IMG/VR virus record: IMGVR_UViG_3300043496_000120
Location: 1-59,071 of that record
Direction: 5' to 3' (one strand)
Source: a virus
DNA: 59,071 nt
In this document: in pieces, positions 36,505-44,809 of the stretch
How the letters are laid out: every line of letters starts with the position of its first letter
How positions within the stretch are numbered: position 1 is the stretch's first letter
The notes under the pieces: model-generated
Told to the model about the DNA's origin: nothing
What the model saw: only the letters and a program-made list of their open reading frames with translations
Databases searched by the model: none
Position numbers and translations under genes: made by a program

Positions 36505-36734
36505 GGGATGTCCTTTGATTGAGAGATGTTGTTCGCGAACAGCAGCAGGAAAATGCCGAGGTTCACCCACCAGCTCGTCCAGTACGCGACGATCAGTGCG
36601 CCCGGCAGCGCGACGATAAGTGAAACGGTGGCGTTCGTGAGCGCGCGCTGCGTTCGTTCGCGTTGCTTCTCGCGCTCGCGCTGGCGCCATGCTTCGGTGG
36701 CCTCCTGGAGTTGCGGCAGATCGCGAAGGCTCAT
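36501..36734 (-). CDS. small membrane protein (77 aa)
   Basis: two hydrophobic segments; ATG at 36734. Confidence 0.5.
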   Translation of the reverse strand: MSLRDLPQLQEATEAWRQREREKQRERTQRALTNATVSLIVALPGALIVAYWTSWWVNLGIFLLLFANNISQSKDIP

Positions 36735-37072
36735 GTCGGCGGCTCCAGTGGCAGTTGCAGCATGCTTTCCGCGAGCTGCGGCGTGCAGTAGCCGTCGACG
36801 ACGCGGCCATCCTGGTGGATCACGCGCATGTGAATCCACTCGGACGGAACGTTGCGCGACTCGGGTCCGACCGTGCGTATGTCGTCGCTGGCGCGGCGGT
36901 TGTACGCGTCGACCGCAGCAGCGCCCACGAGCCGCGGGCCGAACGAGATCACGGCCATGCACGTGTCGCACACGAAGAACTCGATCTCGCCGCCGCCGTC
37001 CGGGTCTTTCGCGTAGTGCCGGTTGTTGTCGCTCTTGCAGAACGGGCAAGACCGCAGTTCGCCGCCGCTCAT
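36731..37072 (-). CDS. Lar-like (restriction alleviation family) zinc-ribbon protein (113 aa)
   Basis: N-terminal CPFC...CDTC arrangement. Confidence 0.4.
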   Translation of the reverse strand: MSGGELRSCPFCKSDNNRHYAKDPDGGGEIEFFVCDTCMAVISFGPRLVGAAAVDAYNRRASDDIRTVGPESRNVPSEWIHMRVIHQDGRVVDGYCTPQLAESMLQLPLEPPT

Positions 37073-37446
37073 GTTGGCCTCCGGCGAGCCATGTCCGCCA
37101 CAAAGGCCGGATCGAACGACGTTTCAATTCGCGTCGGCATGTGCTTCGCGAGCAGGCCGAGCGCGATGTGCTGCATGTCGCGCAGGTGGCGCTCCACCGC
37201 GGCGAGCTGGCCCGCGCTGCCAGTGCCCTCACTCGGGCGCAAGCCGGCGTGCCACAGGTCGTCGATCAACACCTGTGCGGCCTCCATCGACAGGTTAAAC
37301 GCGGGCTCGACGTAGTCCGCACTCTCTGTCGTCTTCATCGTGAAGCTCGTGGCGACGGCGGTGTACGTGTCGCCGTTCGCCTCGAACAGCCCGAATTGAA
37401 TGCGCGGGCTCCAGTCCTTCTTCGCGGCGCGGAGTCGCAGGTTCAT
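37069..37446 (-). CDS. hypothetical protein (125 aa)
   Basis: ORF track. Confidence 0.6.
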   Translation of the reverse strand: MNLRLRAAKKDWSPRIQFGLFEANGDTYTAVATSFTMKTTESADYVEPAFNLSMEAAQVLIDDLWHAGLRPSEGTGSAGQLAAVERHLRDMQHIALGLLAKHMPTRIETSFDPAFVADMARRRPT

Positions 37447-37874
37447 GGCAGCCTCCGCAGACGTTCCTTTTCGGAGCGGGCGACGAGCTTGTAGCCGCGG
37501 CGTTTCACGAGTTTGACGGCCTTGGCGAACGCGCTCAGGTCTTCGAGCTGGCGTTCGTACTCGCGCACGAGCTTGCGCGCCGCTTCGAGTTCAGAATATG
37601 AAACGGTGGTGATGCGGCACCACAGGCGGCGGATCGAGGCGTTCGCCTGGATGTTGCACAGCAGGTCGAGGTCGCCCGAGCGCACGGCGTAGACCTGGTG
37701 CGCGACGCCGGGTTCACCGCCGCTGACGACGAACGCGACGTTCGCCCTACGCGTCCCGCGGGCGTGGTTGCGCAGCCGGTACACCGCGGCGCCGAAGAAC
37801 TCGCCATCCGGCAGCGCCGGCACGCGGTACTTCGCGCGGAGCTGCTTGACCTGCACGGCGTGGATTATTTTCAT
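37443..37874 (-). CDS. hypothetical protein (143 aa, start MKIIHAVQVK)
   Basis: in-frame ATG at 37874 overlapping the upstream stop. Confidence 0.55.
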   Translation of the reverse strand: MKIIHAVQVKQLRAKYRVPALPDGEFFGAAVYRLRNHARGTRRANVAFVVSGGEPGVAHQVYAVRSGDLDLLCNIQANASIRRLWCRITTVSYSELEAARKLVREYERQLEDLSAFAKAVKLVKRRGYKLVARSEKERLRRLP

Positions 37875-38512
37875 CAGCGCACCCCCGCGAGCTTGAAATT
37901 CCCATCGGCCCCGATGATCCGCGTGTCGTCGTCGAGCCAGAACGGCAGACCGCCGATCATCACCCGCGTCCCCGCCGCCAGCGTCTCGCCCGTCATGCCC
38001 TGCGCCAGCAGTTGCTCCCGCGTGATCCGCCGCCCCGGCTCGATGCTCACCGGATTCGCGCACGCGCCCGCGTCGTCGCCGGAAGCGACAGCCTCACGCG
38101 CAGCGGGACGTCGCGTATTTTTGGTTTCGTGCCAATCCAGCTCCCGCTCAAATGCCGGAATCGTGTCCGACCGGAAGCTGAAACGGAGATTGTTGAAATC
38201 CGGGTCCACCATCCCCGCTCCCATGTGCGCCAGGAACGAGATCAGGCGATTCTCGAACTTAAGGGAAAGAGACTTTTGCAACCCTTCCTCGAAATCTGAG
38301 ACGGAGGGTGGCGAAGGGCTGGGCTCAGAAGGGGGATCGACGCCCGCCGCGGCCAGCGAATCGCGGCGGGCCTGGTCGATTTTTTCACAGCGGCGGCGCG
38401 CCTCGGCTGCTGCCCAGGCCCGGCCGGCGGCCAGCGTTTCAGAAAAGATTCTGTTCGCAAATTCTTTTGCGTCGTTGTTCGCGTCGTCGGGTGCTGCCTG
38501 GTCAAGCTCCAT
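37874..38512 (-). CDS. hypothetical protein (212 aa), first gene of the leftward block
   Basis: ORF track; GGAG RBS. Confidence 0.6.
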   Translation of the reverse strand: MELDQAAPDDANNDAKEFANRIFSETLAAGRAWAAAEARRRCEKIDQARRDSLAAAGVDPPSEPSPSPPSVSDFEEGLQKSLSLKFENRLISFLAHMGAGMVDPDFNNLRFSFRSDTIPAFERELDWHETKNTRRPAAREAVASGDDAGACANPVSIEPGRRITREQLLAQGMTGETLAAGTRVMIGGLPFWLDDDTRIIGADGNFKLAGVR

Positions 38513-38611
38513 GATCTGCTCCGGTTCGTGTGTCGGTCATGACGGGCGCAGCATAGGCCCGGCCGGGTGACTTAACAAGAGGCCGCTGCGCGTCGTGTAG
38601 TGCCGGCACTT

Positions 38612-38635
38612 GCGCCCGTGTGCCACTGTGTGCCA
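38612..38635 (+). promoter_or_regulatory. conserved box GCGCCCGTGTGC..CACTGTGTGCCA, copy A (41 nt upstream of ATG 38677); adjacent 10-bp palindrome GTGCCGGCAC at 38600..38609
   Basis: near-identical copy at 39492..39519. Confidence 0.5.
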
Positions 38636-38676
38636 TGGTCCGTCCCGCGCATCCCGCGCACTGGAGACAAACCACC

Positions 38677-39021
38677 ATGAACGCACGCACGATCCTCGCC
38701 GCTGCTCTGCTCCTCGCCACCGCTCCCGCGCTCGCCGATACCCTGACGATCTCGACGCCCGCCGCGCTCCTCGTGTACGAAGGCACGCTGGATGCACTGA
38801 GCACGAACGTCCGCCGCGTCGACTTCAGCGCCGAGGATGCGAGCGCCGCGCGCGCGCCGCAGCGCCGCGCGCCGAAAGCCGGCCCGCTGCTCGACGGTGT
38901 AACCGTGTCGGTCCGCAGCGGTGGCGGCACAGGCTTCGCGGGCAGCGATTGCACCCTCGACGCGGTCGACGCATTGGCGGGCTCGGCGCACGTCTACGTG
39001 ACGTGTGCGCAAAGCGACTGA
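38677..39021 (+). CDS. secreted protein (114 aa) with a signal peptide; moron-like
   Basis: MNARTILAAALLLATAPALA signal; GGAG RBS; own terminator. Confidence 0.6.
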   Translation: MNARTILAAALLLATAPALADTLTISTPAALLVYEGTLDALSTNVRRVDFSAEDASAARAPQRRAPKAGPLLDGVTVSVRSGGGTGFAGSDCTLDAVDALAGSAHVYVTCAQSD

Positions 39022-39043
39022 CGCCAGCAGCATGAACGGCACA

Positions 39044-39071
39044 GGCCCGGCGCAAACCGGGCCTTTTTTTT
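39044..39071 (+). terminator. rho-independent terminator
   Basis: GGCCCGG-cgcaaa-CCGGGCC followed by T8. Confidence 0.85.
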
Positions 39072-39195
39072 ATCTGCCGTTCAGGTGATCGAATTCGGCG
39101 CGGAATCGGACATGATCGTTTTAGGCGCGGAAACGATCACTTAAGGGCTACGGAGCCGGAGCGCGCCAGATCGGGGAGCGCGAATCTGCGCCTCT

Positions 39196-39392
39196 GTACC
39201 ACCTCGTACCACCTTTACCACCTTTTCCCTGGAGCTGGTTTTTTCTCCTGGTGCGTGCTGCACTGCACCATGACCCCTCCTCCTCTCCTCTTATCCTCTC
39301 TCTCTCTTAAAAGGTGGTAACAGGTGGTAACAGTATAAGAAACAGGTGGTTAGGTGGTGTTCGCCAGGTGGTGCGACGTGGTGCGAGTGGTA
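39196..39392. promoter_or_regulatory. iteron array: 3x ACCACCT (39197-39223), a polypyrimidine tract (39275-39308), then 5 perfect plus 2 degenerate AGGTGGT (39312-39392). Candidate origin/operator region.
   Basis: read directly. Confidence 0.6.
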
Positions 39393-39415
39393 ACGGCCGC
39401 TCCGGGCCTGGGTTA

Positions 39416-39487
39416 AGCGTGCGTTCAGTTTGGACCGGCTCCGCGGCTTAACCGTTGTTCAGCGTGCGTTCAGGATAACCGGGTTAT
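39416..39487. promoter_or_regulatory. 13-bp direct repeat AGCGTGCGTTCAG (39416-39428, 39461-39473) plus palindrome ATAACCGGGTTAT (39475-39487)
   Basis: read directly. Confidence 0.5.
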
Positions 39488-39491
39488 GTTC

Positions 39492-39519
39492 GCGCCCGTG
39501 TGCGGCACACTGTGGCACA
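39492..39519 (+). promoter_or_regulatory. conserved box copy B, 24 nt upstream of ATG 39544; contains palindrome GTGTGCGGCACAC
   Basis: shares GCGCCCGTGTGC and CACTGTG(T/G)GC(C/A)A with copy A. Confidence 0.5.
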
Positions 39520-39543
39520 CGCGAACCCATCCCAGGAGCGACC

Positions 39544-39990
39544 ATGTACACGAAAGAAACACTCGCAAAACTTGCGCCGGCAGTACAGCGCCGCATCCGC
39601 ATCGAGCGCCGGCTGGTGCTCGCCACTGTTGACGCGCTGCTCGCGGCCGGCTACGTGCTCGGCGTTGACGACGGCGGGGCCGAGATGGCCGCCGCGCGCG
39701 GCTCAGATCGCGCCGCGATCGTTGACGCGCTGATGAACACGGACGACGACACGCTGTGCGCCTGGCGCGTGCCAGCGGCCGAGGATCGCGACGACGACCC
39801 GCGGCCGGATTGTGCCGTGCGTTTCATCTACGGCAATTCCGGCTTTGACGTCGTCAGCGATTACTCGTGCTCGCTGGAAAGCGTGCTCGCGCCCGTGTTC
39901 GCTATGGCGACGCGCCTGGAGATGGGTCTACCGGGCAAGCCGCGCGCCCGTGCTGACGCTGCGCCCGCTGCCGCAAAGGTGGGCGCATGA
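39544..39990 (+). CDS. hypothetical protein (148 aa), first gene of the rightward block
   Basis: AGGAG RBS; in-frame ATG of track ORF 39430..39990. Confidence 0.6.
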   Translation: MYTKETLAKLAPAVQRRIRIERRLVLATVDALLAAGYVLGVDDGGAEMAAARGSDRAAIVDALMNTDDDTLCAWRVPAAEDRDDDPRPDCAVRFIYGNSGFDVVSDYSCSLESVLAPVFAMATRLEMGLPGKPRARADAAPAAAKVGA

Positions 39991-40580
39991 ACGCGCCGGC
40001 AGTGGCCGCGGGCCTGACGTTTGACGGGTTCGGGATCAATGGCGCCGACGAGTACCGCTCGCGCCTGGCGACCTTCACAGAGTCGGCGATCCGCGACGGT
40101 CGCGCGGCTCGTTTCGGCGATCTCCTCGCGAGCGCGCCGGAGCTGGCCGCGGACCTGGCCGCCGTGCGTGACGAGCTGCACCAGACGCGCGCGCTGCTCG
40201 GCGCCGCGGAGCGTGCCAGCGAGACACGCGGCCGGGCCTACGAGGAGCTTAGCGCCGCGCTGACGACCGCACGCGAGCAGCGCGCGGAAGCTCGGCGCGC
40301 GCTCGCGAACATCATGCGCGCGAGCCTGAGCGGCAATAACGGCGCCGTCATGGGAGAGGCTACGTTGTCGCAGCACTTCGTGAGCCTGGGACGCGCCGCG
40401 CTCGGCGACGAAGCGGCCGCGCTGCTCGGCTCGTTTCACGTGCAGCCGGCGCCGACGCGCATCCGTTATCAATGCGTCGCGGATTGCGGCTGGTGCGGTT
40501 TCCTGGAGCCCGACGACGATTCGTGCCCGGTCTGCGGCGGCGCGCTGTCCGCGCACGTCGTGCAGCGTCCGATTCTGTAG
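39987..40580 (+). CDS. coiled-coil protein with a C-terminal zinc ribbon (197 aa)
   Basis: ORF track; CxxxC...CPVC. Confidence 0.6.
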   Translation: MNAPAVAAGLTFDGFGINGADEYRSRLATFTESAIRDGRAARFGDLLASAPELAADLAAVRDELHQTRALLGAAERASETRGRAYEELSAALTTAREQRAEARRALANIMRASLSGNNGAVMGEATLSQHFVSLGRAALGDEAAALLGSFHVQPAPTRIRYQCVADCGWCGFLEPDDDSCPVCGGALSAHVVQRPIL

Positions 40581-40659
40581 AGTGTCCCGCCGCTGCGCGT
40601 TCTACACGAGCGCGCAGCATCGGCCGCACTTCCGCGACCGTTTCAAAGGTGAAACCATC

Positions 40660-40842
40660 ATGAACCGTAAAGAATGGCGTTTAAGTGACCACGCGGCGCG
40701 AGGCGGGCAATTCACCTGCGCGCCCGATCCGCGCGAGCCGAACCCGCGCCGCGTATGGGATGCGCGCCCGCTCGTGCTCTTTCTCGTGCTCCTGGCGCTG
40801 TCGCTTTTCGCGGCCGCTCCGCTCCTGGCGGCGCTGTCATGA
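40660..40842 (+). CDS. small membrane protein (60 aa)
   Basis: in-frame ATG; C-terminal TM helix. Confidence 0.45.
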   Translation: MNRKEWRLSDHAARGGQFTCAPDPREPNPRRVWDARPLVLFLVLLALSLFAAAPLLAALS

Positions 40843-41324
40843 CCGCGCCCGCCTATCGCACACACAGAAACGGAGCGCGCGAGGTGTACAACGTCGACCG
40901 CTACCGGCGCCGGACTGGTGCGCACTTGGCGGACATCGCCACGTGCGGCACGTGCGGCCGCTCCTGGGATGACTCGCACGCATCGGGCGTCACGCCGACG
41001 CCGAGCGGCCGCTGTCCTTTCGAGTACTCGCACAGACAAGGCGGCGCGCGCGAGAACTACAGCGCGAAGGTCCGCCGGCATGCGTTGCGGATCATGGCGG
41101 CGCCGCCGTTTCATTTTGAGGCGGCCTATAACCTGCTGCCGCGTGATCTGCGCGCCGACGTCGAGAAAGAATGCGACGCGATAGCACAGGCGGGCGCGTT
41201 CGCTTCCGCGTATCTGACGAGCCGCTATTCCGGGCTCGGCGACCATGGGCACGAACTAGCAATGAAACGCGCGCACGCGATGCGCAAGCGTGCGCGGCGC
41301 ATCCTGGGATACACGCAGCCATGA
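40839..41324 (+). CDS. hypothetical Cys-rich protein (161 aa)
   Basis: ATGA overlap with the upstream gene. Confidence 0.55.
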   Translation: MTAPAYRTHRNGAREVYNVDRYRRRTGAHLADIATCGTCGRSWDDSHASGVTPTPSGRCPFEYSHRQGGARENYSAKVRRHALRIMAAPPFHFEAAYNLLPRDLRADVEKECDAIAQAGAFASAYLTSRYSGLGDHGHELAMKRAHAMRKRARRILGYTQP

Positions 41325-41533
41325 CACAGCGCGCGGATTTCTCAAACGGCGGTTACGTCGTCCACAAAATCGCGCCGCCTGGCGTTCGCTGCCGTGCGTC
41401 CGCATGGTTTGACGCGTCCGGCTCGCTGCTCGATGCGGAGCTAATCGACCGCCGCGACCGCTCGCGCCAGGTAAAGCGAGGCGGTCCGGTCTGGCGTTTC
41501 ATTTCTCGAATCTATGGAGCGAAAACACCATGA
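41321..41533 (+). CDS. hypothetical protein (70 aa)
   Basis: ATGA overlap. Confidence 0.5.
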   Translation: MTQRADFSNGGYVVHKIAPPGVRCRASAWFDASGSLLDAELIDRRDRSRQVKRGGPVWRFISRIYGAKTP

Positions 41534-42213
41534 AAGCACAGAGCACAATCAAAGCCCGCGCCGCCATGCGTGCGAGCATACTGCGCCAGGTAGCGGCCGC
41601 GATCAGCACAGCGCCGGAGGAATGCGACGCGGCGACGTCGGCGGCGCCTGGTCACATGGTTTTCAGTGTGGCGAGCACACGCTATCGCGTCGTCAATACG
41701 CGCGAATCTCTCCAGGCGTTTGAATCAAAGGTGAAACGCTGCGGCGGATTCGGGAAACAGCGCACAGCGGCCGAGGAGTGCGCTAGCGCGTGGAAGTCGC
41801 ACGGGCTCCGCGGCACGAGCTGCACGCCCGCGGTTAACGGGTTCGTCAGCGCCGCCGGATATTGGGACCACGACAGCGCCGACGATGCGAACGCGGCCGA
41901 GCTGGCGCGCGTCGTGCTCGGCGACAATGCGGCCGAGTGCGACATATGGCGCGGCGACGATGAAAAAACCGGGCATCTTGTCGGCGAGTGGTCCGATTGT
42001 GACGGGCTCGCGTGCGTGGTCGGAAAGTTTGATGGTCAATGGACCGTCACGGAGCCGCGCAGCGGGTTCAGCGTAGGCCGCGGCAAGACGCGCAACGCGG
42101 CTATTGAAACGGCACGCGCTGCCGTTAAAAAGCTCGGCGTTGACAAGGCCCGCGAGGCAGTAGAGCGCGCCATGGAACGCCGAGCAGTGGCACAGGCGGC
42201 CATCGCGGCATGA
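41530..42213 (+). CDS. hypothetical protein (227 aa)
   Basis: ORF track. Confidence 0.6.
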   Translation: MKAQSTIKARAAMRASILRQVAAAISTAPEECDAATSAAPGHMVFSVASTRYRVVNTRESLQAFESKVKRCGGFGKQRTAAEECASAWKSHGLRGTSCTPAVNGFVSAAGYWDHDSADDANAAELARVVLGDNAAECDIWRGDDEKTGHLVGEWSDCDGLACVVGKFDGQWTVTEPRSGFSVGRGKTRNAAIETARAAVKKLGVDKAREAVERAMERRAVAQAAIAA

Positions 42214-42293
42214 TGACTGCGGCGGCGCGTTCTCACGAGCGCGCCGCATCGGTCCGCAATCCTGCGACCGTTTCAAACCATGGAGCACGCGTT

Positions 42294-44141
42294 ATGCAAT
42301 GCGACGCCACCTATTCACCCGAAGACAATAAGTTAAGACTCTACGCGGCGACGCGCCTGGACAGCGAGACTTATTTGCGAGTCAAGGCCGCCGGTTATTC
42401 ATGGGCACCAAAACAAGAGCTTTTTGTCGCTCCCATGTGGACGCCCGAACGCGAAGACCTGGCGCTAGAACTTGCTGGCGAGATCGGCGACGAGGACACG
42501 ACACTATGCGACCGCGCCGAGGATCGCGCCGAGCGTTTCGCCGACTACAGCGACAAACGCGCAGCCGATGCGGACCGCGCACAGCGTGGCGTCGCGGCCA
42601 TCGCGGACAATATCCCGCTTGGACAGCCGATCTTAGTCGGACATCACAGCGAGCGGCACGCCAGGAAAGACGCGGAGCGGATCGAGAACGGCATGCGTAA
42701 AACCGTGCGCATGTGGGAAACGTCGATTTACTGGAAACAGCGCGCAGCCGGCGCACTCCGCGCCGCCAAGTATAAAGAGCTGCCCGCGGTCCGCGCTCGG
42801 CGCATTAAGAAAATCGAGGCGGACAAGCGCCGCCAGGAGCGGAGCCGCGCCAATAGTGAAACGAAACTAAAACTTTGGGCATCGTTAGACACGATCGAAA
42901 AGGCGCGGTTTGTGGCGTCGCGCGTTTACTTCACAGTCATCCGCGAGGGTTCGCAATCCTGGGATGCGTCCGACGTGCTAAAGCCCGATGGCGAGCGCTC
43001 CGACCGCTGCCCGGCTTGGACGCTGGAGCAGGTAAAAGAGCACGCGCACAAGGTCTTTACGCGCTGGATCGAGTATTGCGACCGCTGGATTGCGCACTAT
43101 GAAAACCGGCTGACTTACGAGCGCGCGCTACTCGGCGAAACGGGTTACATAGCGCCGCCGAAGCGTGCGACAAAGGCGCTCCTCCCGATGCTGAACTATA
43201 AACAAGAGACTTACGAAGTGCGGAGCCAGTACCGCCGCGAGAATTCGCACTATCCGCGGCACGACATGACAAAGGCCGAATATACGAAGATAAACAAGGA
43301 TTATAAAGGCTCCTGCGTTTCAGCCGATGGAACGCACCGCATTCGCTCCGCAATGATCCGCTCCGCTCTCTATGCGGTTTTCTTGACGGACTCGAAAGTA
43401 CACCCGAAGCCCGGCGCCGGACCGATCGAAGGAAAAGACGCGGAGCTAGTCGCCGCGCGCGTGAACCGTGCGGCCGAAAAGATCGAACGCACGAACGCGA
43501 ACGCGCGCGCAGTCGCCGAGCATAACCGCGCGATCACGACCGCGGCGCACGCGCTGCCGGACATGCCGCAATGCCAAGCGATCAGCCGCGAAAAGCTCGA
43601 CGCGTTGCGCCAGGCGGCCGCCGCTGGCGTGCAAGTCGTCAGCGCTCCGCAGCTATTCCCGACGCCCGCGGACCTGGCGGCGCGCATGGTAGAGCTTGCG
43701 GAGATCGAAGCCGGGCAGACCGTGCTAGAACCATCGGCGGGCACGGGTCGACTACTCGACGCGATACACGCGGCCGAGCCTGGCGCGAAGGTCTACGCGG
43801 TCGAGATCAACGCGGCGCTATGCGGCAAGCTGGACGCGTCGCGCCAGGCGGTCATATGCGGCGATTTTCTCGCGGTCCGCTCTGACATGTTCGCGTGCGG
43901 CTCGTTTGACCGGATCGTTATGAACCCGCCGTTTCAAAACGCGTCCGACGTCGCGCACATAATCCACGCGCGCACGCTGCTCGCGCCAGGCGGCCGCCTG
44001 GTCGCACTCTGCGCGAACGGATCGCGCCAGGCCGCGAAGCTCCAGCCGCTTTGCGATAGCTGGGAGGAGTTACCGCCGGGCACGTTCCAGGCGGAGGGCA
44101 CAGGCGTCCGCGTGGTACTGCTGACGATGGGCGGCGCGTAG
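42294..44141 (+). CDS. DUF3560-like domain fused to an N6-adenine DNA methyltransferase (615 aa; alternative start 42210)
   Basis: GGAG RBS before ATG 42294; SAM motif EPSAGTG and catalytic NPPF. Confidence 0.8.
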   Translation: MQCDATYSPEDNKLRLYAATRLDSETYLRVKAAGYSWAPKQELFVAPMWTPEREDLALELAGEIGDEDTTLCDRAEDRAERFADYSDKRAADADRAQRGVAAIADNIPLGQPILVGHHSERHARKDAERIENGMRKTVRMWETSIYWKQRAAGALRAAKYKELPAVRARRIKKIEADKRRQERSRANSETKLKLWASLDTIEKARFVASRVYFTVIREGSQSWDASDVLKPDGERSDRCPAWTLEQVKEHAHKVFTRWIEYCDRWIAHYENRLTYERALLGETGYIAPPKRATKALLPMLNYKQETYEVRSQYRRENSHYPRHDMTKAEYTKINKDYKGSCVSADGTHRIRSAMIRSALYAVFLTDSKVHPKPGAGPIEGKDAELVAARVNRAAEKIERTNANARAVAEHNRAITTAAHALPDMPQCQAISREKLDALRQAAAAGVQVVSAPQLFPTPADLAARMVELAEIEAGQTVLEPSAGTGRLLDAIHAAEPGAKVYAVEINAALCGKLDASRQAVICGDFLAVRSDMFACGSFDRIVMNPPFQNASDVAHIIHARTLLAPGGRLVALCANGSRQAAKLQPLCDSWEELPPGTFQAEGTGVRVVLLTMGGA

Positions 44142-44208
44142 TCTGCTGCGGCTGGCGCTTCGCAAGAGGCGCCAGCATCGGGAAGACCACCCGCGGAGCG
44201 TTTCAATC

Positions 44209-44607
44209 ATGGCAACGGAACTCACTGCAACAGACGTTATCACGGCCCTTGCGCTGCGTTTTGGAATCCTTCCGACGCGCGCGCGAGATCGCGAGCACCA
44301 CCACCAGTGCGGCGCGCGAGCACCGATGCTGCGCGCCGATGGCATGACGGTTTACTATCCCGGCCACGACCGCCGGAAAGGGTGCGGCGCGATCTGGCGC
44401 CACTCTCGCGAGCAAATTTTCGATTACGACATGGCGCACTGCTGCCCGAAGTGCGGCCGAGAAAGCACCTGGGCAATTCCTGAAACCGCAATGCGCGGAG
44501 CGAATCCGCGTTCATATGAACGGAGAATGTGCGATGGCAAGGGCCTATCAATCGAACGCGCCGCACCTGGTGATGTCAGCGCCGCCGGTCAAACTATCAA
44601 GTTCTGA
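44209..44607 (+). CDS. zinc-finger protein (132 aa)
   Basis: ORF track; CCPKCG. Confidence 0.5.
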   Translation: MATELTATDVITALALRFGILPTRARDREHHHQCGARAPMLRADGMTVYYPGHDRRKGCGAIWRHSREQIFDYDMAHCCPKCGRESTWAIPETAMRGANPRSYERRMCDGKGLSIERAAPGDVSAAGQTIKF

Positions 44608-44809
44608 AACGCAGCCGGCTTTCCGGCAGTACACAAGCGCAGTCGACCGCGGAGCGCAGTACGCTATCGCGGCCGTCGAGTTTGACGCACAACACGAGCT
44701 GCGCGCGCCGGACGGTTCCAAGCTGCCTACCGCAATCAACAATGCGGACCTGATCGCGTTCGCGACCTGGCTCCGCTACATTCGCAGCAAGCGCGAGGTG
44801 ACGACGTGA
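44534..44809 (+). CDS. hypothetical protein (91 aa)
   Basis: GGAGA RBS 7 nt before the ATG. Confidence 0.5.
   Translation: MARAYQSNAPHLVMSAPPVKLSSSETQPAFRQYTSAVDRGAQYAIAAVEFDAQHELRAPDGSKLPTAINNADLIAFATWLRYIRSKREVTT

Noticed and set aside
39196-39392. Possible CRISPR array, suggested by the many short repeats
   Set aside because: The repeats are only 7-9 bp, irregularly spaced and in both orientations, with no spacer-sized unique units. They fit iterons or operators better.
38619-39519. TGGCAC motifs as sigma-54 (-24/-12) promoters
   Set aside because: No correctly spaced GC (TTGC) -12 element follows any TGGCAC at the strict N4-N5 spacing on either strand.
42210-42293. Upstream ATG 42210 as the start of the methyltransferase fusion
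   Set aside because: The extra 28 residues are Arg/Ala-rich and junk-like. ATG 42294 has a well-spaced GGAG and coincides with the start of the recognisable domain. I retained 42210 only as an alternative.
44151-44176. Hairpin GCTGGCGC-10 nt-GCGCCAGC after the methyltransferase gene as a terminator
   Set aside because: No U-tract follows, and the next gene starts 33 nt later in the same operon. It may be a stability hairpin, but the support is too weak to list as a feature.
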